The notes beneath the pieces are model-generated. The model did no database searches. It had not been told where the DNA came from and saw only the letters and a program-made list of their open reading frames with translations. Of a DNA stretch of 25,564 nt, positions 18,718 to 25,564 are shown piece after piece. A program made the translations under genes and the position numbers. Origin of the DNA: an uncultured Dehalococcoidia bacterium (GTDB taxonomy: Bacteria; Chloroflexota; Dehalococcoidia; SZUA-161; SpSt-899). Position 1 is the stretch's first letter. Every line of letters starts with the position of its first letter. The DNA lies in assembly GCA_964506405.1 (NCBI GenBank), contig CAZDMY010000001.1, positions 1 to 25,564 on the forward strand. The letters are read 5' to 3'.

Positions 18718-18749
18718 AAAAGGGCCCGCAATTCGGGCCCTTTTTTATT
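18713..18749. terminator. Bidirectional intrinsic terminator
   Basis: AATAAAAAAGGGCCCG-CAATT-CGGGCCCTTTTTTATT: perfect 16-bp arms with T-tracts on both strands, between convergent genes. Confidence 0.93.
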
Positions 18750-18760
18750 TTACATAACTA

Positions 18761-20326
18761 TCAGGGTTGACCGTACTTTTCCCGCAGGATCTTCCGCTGG
18801 ACTTTTCCTGTCGACGTACGCGGTAATTCATCAATAAATACTACGCTGGTGGGACGCTTGAACCCGGACAGCTTCTCTTTACAGAAATCGAGGATCTCTT
18901 TCTCGGTGCAGGTCTCGCCGGGCTTGAGAACAATACAAGCTCTTGGATTCTGTCCCCATTCGGGGTCCGGTACACCAATCAGTGATGCATCGGCAACTTT
19001 GGGATGTTCATAAAGAACGTTCTCCACTTCCTCAGGCGATATGTTTTCGCCGCCTCGAATGATCATGTCATCCCCACGGCCGGCCAGGAAGATATATCCC
19101 TCATCGTCCATATAACCCTTATCGCCGGTATGCAGCCAGCCATCGGCGGTAAGTGTTTTGGCGGTTTTCTCATCATCCTTCCAGTAACCGCTCATCACCC
19201 GCTGGCTCTTGGCCATGATCTCACCGACTTCACCCGGCGGCAGGGCCTTACCGTTCTCATCCCAAATCTGAATCTGGACATCCGGCATGGCCCTTCCAAT
19301 AGAATTGGCAAGCCGGTTGAGTTTCTTGTTCTTCTCTTCTTCAGAAGCATCAGGCGGGATCATGTGATCATCCGGCCCTAACATAGTTATGGTAGAAGCC
19401 GTTTCCGTCTGGCCGAACGCATTGATAAACATCACGCCGGGGAAAACCTCTATCGCCTTTTTGATCACTTCAAACGGCATCGATGCCGCACCATAGGTTA
19501 TCACCTTGAGGCTGGAAAGGTCTTTCTTATTGAAATCCGGGTGCTCGACCACCCATTTGAGCATGGTGGGTACCAGCATGGCCCGGTTGGCCTTCTCTCG
19601 TTCGACGGTATCCATCCACTCGCTTGTTTCAAACTGTCGCATCATGGCAATGGAACGCCCTCCGTAGATGGCCGCCATCATCGCCTGGATACCGGCAACA
19701 TGATACAGGGGAACGGTTAAGACATTCGTCTCCTGAAGGTCGGGATCGACCGGCGTAACATTCTGAAGGGCGTACTCGACAAAAGCGTTGTGACGTATCG
19801 GGACACCCTTGGGAAGCCCGGTGGTACCCGCCGTATACATCAGGATGGTGATATCACCATCACCTATATCAGTGAAAACTTCCTCCGGTGAAGAATCTGC
19901 CAGCAGTTCTTCATAGTTCGCCATTCCCTCAACCTTGCTGTCCAGCGAAACTACTTGCGGCTGAGACGTAAGATTAGGCTGCATTGATTTCACCATATCG
20001 ATGTAGCGATCCCCGGTGAACAGAACCTTGGCCTCGGAGTTGTTGAGCATGTGTGTCAGCTCGTTATCCTTTGCCCGGAAATTCAGCGGAACAAAAATAG
20101 CACCAACCCTGGCAACAGCGAAATATATTTCGACGTACTGATTGCAGTTTACCTGGAGCACCGCCACGCGGTCCTCTTTCCCGACACCCATTTTCTGAAG
20201 CGCATTGGCTAATCGATTAACCCGTTCAGCGACCTCACCGAACGAGTACCGTTTCCCCTCGAAAATGACACATGGCCTGTCAGGGACAATAAGACTGGCA
20301 ATATTGAGGAACTCTGTCGTATTCAT
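18761..20326 (-). CDS. Acyl-CoA synthetase (AMP-forming, long-chain-fatty-acid-CoA ligase-like)
   Basis: A3 YTAGTTGLPKG, FGQTE, GWLHTGD, GRGDDMIIRGGENISP, A10 LPRTSTGKV; SD AAGGAG. Confidence 0.95.
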   Translation of the reverse strand: MNTTEFLNIASLIVPDRPCVIFEGKRYSFGEVAERVNRLANALQKMGVGKEDRVAVLQVNCNQYVEIYFAVARVGAIFVPLNFRAKDNELTHMLNNSEAKVLFTGDRYIDMVKSMQPNLTSQPQVVSLDSKVEGMANYEELLADSSPEEVFTDIGDGDITILMYTAGTTGLPKGVPIRHNAFVEYALQNVTPVDPDLQETNVLTVPLYHVAGIQAMMAAIYGGRSIAMMRQFETSEWMDTVEREKANRAMLVPTMLKWVVEHPDFNKKDLSSLKVITYGAASMPFEVIKKAIEVFPGVMFINAFGQTETASTITMLGPDDHMIPPDASEEEKNKKLNRLANSIGRAMPDVQIQIWDENGKALPPGEVGEIMAKSQRVMSGYWKDDEKTAKTLTADGWLHTGDKGYMDDEGYIFLAGRGDDMIIRGGENISPEEVENVLYEHPKVADASLIGVPDPEWGQNPRACIVLKPGETCTEKEILDFCKEKLSGFKRPTSVVFIDELPRTSTGKVQRKILREKYGQP

Positions 20327-20363
20327 TCAATCAAACTCCTTTTCGTAAGTTATTAACTAAAAA

Positions 20364-21155
20364 CTAGGGATTTATGCTTGCCCTCACCAGTTCCATAACC
20401 TGGGACATGGTTTCGCCGGCGCTTTCGTGGATGCAGATATCGGCGCGCGAATCAAGATCGGTCCGGTCACGATTTATTATAGCAAGCCTGGCCCCCGATT
20501 GCACTGCATATCGGGGAATGAGGGCCGCCGGATAGACCACCAGTGAGGACCCGATAACGATACATAAATCGCAGGTCATGGCCCGACGCTGGGATTCCAT
20601 AAGCACCTTCTCGGGCAATGGCTCGCCGAAGAATACGGCATCCGGTTTCAGCAGCCCGCCGCATTTACGGCACTCGGGTATTTCCACACCTTCAACCATC
20701 CAGTTGCGGATCTCATCCATCGAATACCGGGATTCGCATTTGATGCAAATGGCCATCTCCAGTGTTCCGTGAACGTGGAAAACCCTTTCGGGAGAATTGC
20801 CCGCCTGCTCGTGAAGACCGTCCACATTCTGAGTTACCACGCAATCGAGTTTCCCCATCCTTTCCAGTTCAGCTCCCGCATAATGGGCTGCATTGGGCTG
20901 AACGCCTGAACGCGGAATGAAATCGTCCCCTGCCAGTGCCTTCCAGTGCAGCTTGCGTGCCTCGACGTCGTTGAGAAAGCGGTGGATAGTGAACATCTCC
21001 GGGTCGTAACGGCTCCAGATGCCGCCCGGACTGCGAAAATCCGCAATACCCGATTCCGTACTCACTCCGGCCCCGGTAAAGATAACGATTCTTTTCGAGC
21101 TGATAATGATGTCTGCCAGGCCTCGAACCAGCCGGTCGAAAGCTTCATCCGGCAT
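20364..21155 (-). CDS. cobB: NAD-dependent protein deacylase (Sir2/CobB family)
   Basis: GAGVSTESGIADFRS, QNVDGLH, HG, Zn ribbon CIKC...CRKC, KPDAVFFGE, GSSLVVYPA, IINR. Confidence 0.93.
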   Translation of the reverse strand: MPDEAFDRLVRGLADIIISSKRIVIFTGAGVSTESGIADFRSPGGIWSRYDPEMFTIHRFLNDVEARKLHWKALAGDDFIPRSGVQPNAAHYAGAELERMGKLDCVVTQNVDGLHEQAGNSPERVFHVHGTLEMAICIKCESRYSMDEIRNWMVEGVEIPECRKCGGLLKPDAVFFGEPLPEKVLMESQRRAMTCDLCIVIGSSLVVYPAALIPRYAVQSGARLAIINRDRTDLDSRADICIHESAGETMSQVMELVRASINP

Positions 21156-21888
21156 GCTGCATCCCCCTTTCCACGGCCAGCTTGCGTGCCAGTATCTCTT
21201 CGGTTTCCAGCCCCTGCGCCAGCGTCATATCGAGCCCCCTGGTAATAGCCGCCTTGGCATATACCAGGGACAGGGAATCATTTGACATAATCTGCCGGGC
21301 AACCGCTTCGGCTTCCGCCAGAAGTTTCTCTCTGGGCACAACGCGGTTTATCAACCCGATGCGCAGCGCCTCTTCAGCACCGATCCGGTTGGCGCTCAGC
21401 ACGATTTCGGAAACCTTGCCGTGCAGCACCAGGCGGGGCATTGTTTGCGATCCTCCTGCAGTCGGCACCATGCCGAGATTGGCCTCGGGAAGTCCGAATT
21501 GAGAATCTTCCGAAGCGATACGGATATCGCAGCACATCGCCATTTCGATACCGGCCCCGAGTGCAAATCCTCCGATCGCAGCAATCATCGGTTTTTGTAC
21601 GCTGAGGAACATCCCCCACAGGTCTCGTTCCCAGCGAATCGACCGGGCAATAACTTGAGAAGGCGCAGTTCCAAATTCGGAGATATCCGCCCCCGCTGAA
21701 AACGCCCGGTCTCCGGCACCCTTGATAATCCCTACGCGCACTTCCGGATCGTCCTTGATTGCAGGTAGAATTTCGTATAATTCGTCACGCATACGAATAC
21801 AAACAGCGTTCATCGCTGCGGGACGGTTGAGTGTGACCCAGGCAATACCGCCGGTTTTTTCATAGATAATATACTCGAATTCGCTCAT
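21145..21888 (-). CDS. Enoyl-CoA hydratase/isomerase (crotonase) family protein, C-terminally short
   Basis: FSAGAD, GFALGAGIE, DIRIA, FGLPE; start at ATG 21888 (MSEFEYIIYEK). Confidence 0.93.
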   Translation of the reverse strand: MSEFEYIIYEKTGGIAWVTLNRPAAMNAVCIRMRDELYEILPAIKDDPEVRVGIIKGAGDRAFSAGADISEFGTAPSQVIARSIRWERDLWGMFLSVQKPMIAAIGGFALGAGIEMAMCCDIRIASEDSQFGLPEANLGMVPTAGGSQTMPRLVLHGKVSEIVLSANRIGAEEALRIGLINRVVPREKLLAEAEAVARQIMSNDSLSLVYAKAAITRGLDMTLAQGLETEEILARKLAVERGMQHAG

Positions 21889-21889
21889 A

Positions 21890-22636
21890 TCATTCACCGG
21901 TAAAATTGGGAGTGCGCTTTTCCTTGAACGCGTTGATGCCTTCATCACGATCGGTGCTGCTGTGGAGAATAAATGAAAGATCTGCCTCCAGTCCGAGCCC
22001 CTGGCTCAGTGTCATGTCCAGTCCCTTACCGATTGCTTCCTTGGCATAACGTTCGGCTATCGGCCCTTTAGAGGCCAGCAGACCGGCCAGCGATTCAGTT
22101 TCGTTGACCAGATCGTCGAGGGAATCGACGATCCTGTTAACCAGCCCGATTTCCCCGGCTTCGTTCCCATCAACAGTGGAGGCAGTCAATATGAGTTCGA
22201 GCGCCTTGCCGCGCCCCACAATGCGCGGCAATCGCTGAGTTCCGCCACCCGAAGGGATACTGCCATAGGAAACTTCCTCAAAGCCGAAGTTGGCGGTTCT
22301 TACTGCGATCCTGATGTCGCAAGCAAGTGCCAGTTCCAGCCCGGACCCGATAGCATCCCCTTGAATCGAAGCGATCACCGGTATCTTAAGCGATGCGATC
22401 GCATTGGCTGCGATTGCCGCCGTGGCCGGATCTTCGCCGGGCCGGCCGACGGAAAACGCATTACCCCGTGCCTGAAGGATGGTGACCCGGAGATCGGGAT
22501 CCTCATTAACCAGCCTGCAGCAGACGGCCAGTTCGTCAGCCATTGCCCCCCCAAGTGCGTTGTTATCTTCCGGTCGGTTCAGCCGGATCGTTGCGACAGC
22601 CGGTTTCTTTTCAAATGTGATGTATTTGTAGGCCAT
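21890..22636 (-). CDS. Enoyl-CoA hydratase/isomerase (crotonase) family protein, degenerate oxyanion/lid region
   Basis: LNRPE, GDAIGSGLELALACDIRIA, GGGTQRLPR, C-terminal DRDEGINAFKEKRTPNFTGE. Confidence 0.92.
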   Translation of the reverse strand: MAYKYITFEKKPAVATIRLNRPEDNNALGGAMADELAVCCRLVNEDPDLRVTILQARGNAFSVGRPGEDPATAAIAANAIASLKIPVIASIQGDAIGSGLELALACDIRIAVRTANFGFEEVSYGSIPSGGGTQRLPRIVGRGKALELILTASTVDGNEAGEIGLVNRIVDSLDDLVNETESLAGLLASKGPIAERYAKEAIGKGLDMTLSQGLGLEADLSFILHSSTDRDEGINAFKEKRTPNFTGE

Positions 22637-22647
22637 TTCGACGCCTC

Positions 22648-23190
22648 TTATTTAATAATGGTTTTAGCAAAACGTTCGTATTCGCTGTAAATACAACCGC
22701 AGTACTTTTGAAAGTAGAGGCCGATTTCCCGGCCGATTTTGTGGCTTTCCCGGAAACCTGCACTGAAATCTTCAAAATGGAATTCCACTCCGTTTTCCGC
22801 TGCAGCCCTGTTGCCGACGCGGTGAATCAACTCATGATCCTGATACGGGCTGATCAACAATGTGGTGGTGAAGCGCTCAATTCCCCGCTCGGCAGCAATC
22901 TGCGCCGTTCTCTCCAGCCGCATCAGGTAGCAATCTTCGCAACGCTCTCCTTCATGCCCTGTCACAGCGCGAAAGTAATCAACCATCTCATATCCATCCG
23001 TAACAATCAACGGAAAATCCCACAACTGCGCCAGTACTTTCATTGCCTCCAGGCGCTTCTGATGTTCGGTATACGGATGAATATTTGGATTGTACCATAG
23101 CGCCGAAACATCAAGATTCTGTTCCCGCAGCTTCTGTATAGTGTATGTGGCGCAGGGACCGCAACAGCAATGAAGTAATACCGTGGTCAT
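22648..23190 (-). CDS. queH: Epoxyqueuosine reductase QueH
   Basis: LLHCCCGPC, YNPNIHP, RCEDCY, TTLLISPYQ, QKYCGCIYS; start at ATG 23190 (MTTVLLH). Confidence 0.92.
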   Translation of the reverse strand: MTTVLLHCCCGPCATYTIQKLREQNLDVSALWYNPNIHPYTEHQKRLEAMKVLAQLWDFPLIVTDGYEMVDYFRAVTGHEGERCEDCYLMRLERTAQIAAERGIERFTTTLLISPYQDHELIHRVGNRAAAENGVEFHFEDFSAGFRESHKIGREIGLYFQKYCGCIYSEYERFAKTIIK

Positions 23191-23211
23191 ATCCGGATCG
23201 ATTCCCCCGAT

Positions 23212-23220
23212 ATTATAACA
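23212..23220 (-). promoter_or_regulatory. Extended -10 promoter (TGtTATAAT) for the queH operon
   Basis: Perfect TATAAT with TG extension 21 nt upstream of the queH ATG. Confidence 0.6.
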
Positions 23221-23247
23221 GATACGTACGGTGGTTGGCCAAGACAG

Positions 23248-23276
23248 TTGCCATTGATGCACTGGTTCATTAGAAT
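23248..23276 (+). promoter_or_regulatory. Promoter TTGCCA-N17-TAGAAT for the GGR-family gene, possibly leaderless
   Basis: -35 at 23248-23253, -10 at 23271-23276; GTG at 23282 and ATG at 23285; no SD. Confidence 0.65.
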
Positions 23277-23284
23277 TAGTTGTG

Positions 23285-24400
23285 ATGGCTACTTCTGTGA
23301 GATACGATGTTGTTGTTATCGGCGCCGGACCCGGCGGTGCCCTCGCCGCCAGGAAATGCGCCGAAAACGGCCTGCATACTCTGTTGGTGGAAAAGCGAAA
23401 ACTCCCTCGCGACAAAGTCTGTTCCGGAATGGTGATGGGCAGATGGGCGCAGGAAATACTAATAGAAAACTTCGGCCCCATACCCGATAATGTACTGGTA
23501 CCCCCTCGAAGTTTGCTGGGATATGCAGTCCACGTAAGCGGAACCCAGATACAATTGCTGGATGTTGAAACCCCGATAACCTGGCGTAAACATCTCGATA
23601 ACTGGATGACCAATCGTGCCCGGGATGCCGGAGCCGAGGTATGGGAGGAAACGCGGCTGATCGCAGCATCTGAGGTTGAAAAGCGATACAGCGTCCGACT
23701 GGCGAAAGATGACGGAATTTGCGATGTCGAATGCGCCTTTCTGGTCGGGGCCGATGGCGCAAGATCGGCACTCAGGGCAGCGCTGTTTCCTGAACTAAAG
23801 CCCGTCTACTGGCACTGTTACCGGGAGTGTTACAATACCGAACTGGACCTTCCGCCGCGCCGCTTCAACTTTTTCTCCAGCGTCCAAACAGCCCCTTTCT
23901 ACTTCTGCACTCACGATAAAGACGGTTATATGCTAATGGAGGGCGGTGCGCAAATCGGCCGAATCAAACAAACCGCCGGCGAATCCAGGGATTATCTTAT
24001 AAGGCATCATGGGCTGGATGCCAATGAGAAGCCAGTATGGAGAGATGGGTGTGTGGAACCGATCCTGTACGGTGAACTATTCAGCGGTACGTTCCGACCT
24101 GCCAGATCGAATGCAATGCTGGTGGGGGATGCTGCCGGGCTGAACATGCCGGTTACCGGAGAAGGCGTGGGCACCTCGATGAAAACAGGAGCTGAAGCGG
24201 CGAATGCCATCATTCAATCGGTAAAGCAGAATCAGCCGGCTGAAGCCCTGTATATGGAAACAATCGAGGATATCATCGACCGGTTCAAGGATATTTACCA
24301 GCATTCCCGGATAATCAAAGCGGCCGCTGCAGGTGGGGATGCCAAGGCATTATCGGATGCATTGCTGCAATCCTGGGACCGTGCCCTTAAATTATTCTAA
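23285..24400 (+). CDS. Geranylgeranyl-reductase-family FAD-dependent oxidoreductase
   Basis: VVVIGAGPGG, EKRKLPRDKVCSG, LVGADGARS, LVGDAAG...PVTGEG. Start could be GTG 23282. Confidence 0.9.
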   Translation: MATSVRYDVVVIGAGPGGALAARKCAENGLHTLLVEKRKLPRDKVCSGMVMGRWAQEILIENFGPIPDNVLVPPRSLLGYAVHVSGTQIQLLDVETPITWRKHLDNWMTNRARDAGAEVWEETRLIAASEVEKRYSVRLAKDDGICDVECAFLVGADGARSALRAALFPELKPVYWHCYRECYNTELDLPPRRFNFFSSVQTAPFYFCTHDKDGYMLMEGGAQIGRIKQTAGESRDYLIRHHGLDANEKPVWRDGCVEPILYGELFSGTFRPARSNAMLVGDAAGLNMPVTGEGVGTSMKTGAEAANAIIQSVKQNQPAEALYMETIEDIIDRFKDIYQHSRIIKAAAAGGDAKALSDALLQSWDRALKLF

Positions 24401-24870
24401 GGGCGCTTTCTATTCACCAGGCTTTCCAGACTGAACAAGTGTTTTTTCGGCTGGAAAAAGATAAGGATCAGCGATGCAATGATAATCAGGCAGTCCATGA
24501 TAATGGCCTGTTCCACTGGCAGGATGGTTAATTCACCAAAGCAACTGCCGCAATGCTCATCACCTCGGGAGATCGCCGTAACATTGGCAACCATGAAGCT
24601 GATCGCCATCAATAATGAGACAATGGCACTTATGCGCACCATGATGGCCAGCACCAGGTAAGCCCCGAAAATCAATTCCACCCAGGGCAGACTATCGGCA
24701 TAAGCCGTTGCCAGAAAATCGGGCAGGATATCATATCCCTTCACCACACCCACAAACTCTTCATGATGGGGGAACTTGGTCACCGCTGACGTGATGAACA
24801 TGATGCCCAGTAATCCCCTCAGCACGAGAAATAAATAGGCATTGGAAAGCCATTTACTCAATTTGCTCAT
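24397..24870 (-). CDS. MauE/DoxX family membrane protein
   Basis: LRGLLGIMFITSAVTK, LPWVELIFG, Cys motif HCGSCFG; about 4 TM segments. Confidence 0.88.
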   Translation of the reverse strand: MSKLSKWLSNAYLFLVLRGLLGIMFITSAVTKFPHHEEFVGVVKGYDILPDFLATAYADSLPWVELIFGAYLVLAIMVRISAIVSLLMAISFMVANVTAISRGDEHCGSCFGELTILPVEQAIIMDCLIIIASLILIFFQPKKHLFSLESLVNRKRP

Positions 24871-25562
24871 TGCCCTGACCCGCCTGTCTTTTTCAATTCC
24901 AGTTCGATTGCCTGAACCAGATCCTCCAGTGTACCGGGATACTTTTCGTATTCTTTGCCGTTGATAAACACCCCGACAAAATAAATGCCTTGTGCAACTG
25001 CTTCCTGCTTTGCTGCCTGTACCGAATGAAGAAATTCATTAGATTTGAGAGCATCCGACACTTCATTTGAAGACAGTCCCACCGCAGTTGAACCGGCAAC
25101 GATTTCTTCAATACTGGTCGGAGGATTGTCTAAGAACTCCTCGTACAGACCCCAGAACATCCCCTGGCTTCCGGCATACTCCAGGGCTTCAGCTACCTCG
25201 TTGGAGAAATCCGATTCCGGATAATGGTGATAAATGAAACGGAGACGTTCGGGATACATCTCTAATGCCTGAGCGATCAAGAGCCCCTTTTCCACGCAAA
25301 TATGGCACGTGAAATCAACATATGCATCTATGGTAACCGGGGCATCTTCCGGACCGAGGCAATAGCCGCTGCAATCCCCGTTTCCCGGCTCAATTTTTCG
25401 CTCACCGGCACTATCCCACAGAAAACTGCCGGTTGTTACGGCTATGATGGTAACGAAGGCCACCGAGATCAGGTTGAGCGAGCCGATCGCCAGGGCCGCG
25501 AAGCCGGCGGTCCACAACAGGCCGAAGACGAGCGTCAGCATGACGCTGGCGACGAGCCAGCG
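24867..25562 (-). CDS. Membrane-anchored DsbA/thioredoxin-fold protein; 5' end open and apparently chimeric
   Basis: GPEDAPVTIDAYVDFTCHIC (CxxC), RFIYHHYP, AEALEYAGSQGMFW, FINGK; frame stays open to the window end; ATGA overlap with the MauE/DoxX gene. Confidence 0.85.
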   Translation of the reverse strand, partial: RWLVASVMLTLVFGLLWTAGFAALAIGSLNLISVAFVTIIAVTTGSFLWDSAGERKIEPGNGDCSGYCLGPEDAPVTIDAYVDFTCHICVEKGLLIAQALEMYPERLRFIYHHYPESDFSNEVAEALEYAGSQGMFWGLYEEFLDNPPTSIEEIVAGSTAVGLSSNEVSDALKSNEFLHSVQAAKQEAVAQGIYFVGVFINGKEYEKYPGTLEDLVQAIELELKKTGGSGQ

Positions 25563-25564
25563 CG
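25455..25564 (-). other. Compositionally foreign segment encoding an HpnN/MMPL-like transmembrane fragment
   Basis: 36 of 36 codons end in G/C versus 9 of the next 20; about 69% GC over 25461-25564 versus 53% in the preceding 100 bp; peptide LVFGLLWTAGFAALAIGSLNLISVAF. Confidence 0.7.

Noticed and set aside
21889-21948. Upstream start of the second crotonase
   Set aside because: Overlaps the end of the first crotonase; ATG 21888 gives a typical N-terminus.
23191-23613. Long 5' extension of the queH ORF (321-aa call)
   Set aside because: Antisense to the GGR gene and spans the promoter region; QueH motifs start right after ATG 23190.
327-25111. Numerous 60-200-aa antisense or out-of-frame ORFs in the track
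   Set aside because: Fully nested in confident genes, without SD or family motifs; expected by chance at about 50% GC.
1-25564. tRNA, rRNA, riboswitch, IS/transposase, integrase or CRISPR elements
   Set aside because: No cloverleaf/T-loop context, terminal inverted repeats, recombinase motifs or repeat-spacer arrays were seen; intergenic spaces are short. A covariance-model search was not run.

Overview
About 50% GC bacterial chromosomal window, densely coding, with no CRISPR array, tRNA/rRNA gene or transposase visible. Gene content suggests Chloroflexota, probably Dehalococcoidia (inference from an acVLRF1-type release factor, a multi-PAS/NarL two-component system and QueH). From left to right: a partial membrane ORF, a CBS protein, a small ABM-like ORF, a NarL regulator with a cytoplasmic 7-PAS+GAF kinase, a TetR-ABC exporter unit with a perfect 29-bp operator, an acVLRF1 (Vms1/ANKZF1-like) gene directly behind mutS2, and a CPA1 antiporter. 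A + strand MFS/HD/MBL/alpha-beta-hydrolase cluster follows, then a queH-crotonase-crotonase-sirtuin-acyl-CoA ligase operon, a GGR-family flavoprotein and a DsbA-MauE/DoxX pair. The strongest candidate for an undescribed system is mutS2-acVLRF1, a possible 'split collided ribosomes, then release the peptidyl-tRNA' quality-control module. The last ~110 bp look foreign (36/36 codons end in G/C; HpnN/MMPL-like), indicating a chimeric junction. All family calls come from motif recognition by eye; no database searches were run.
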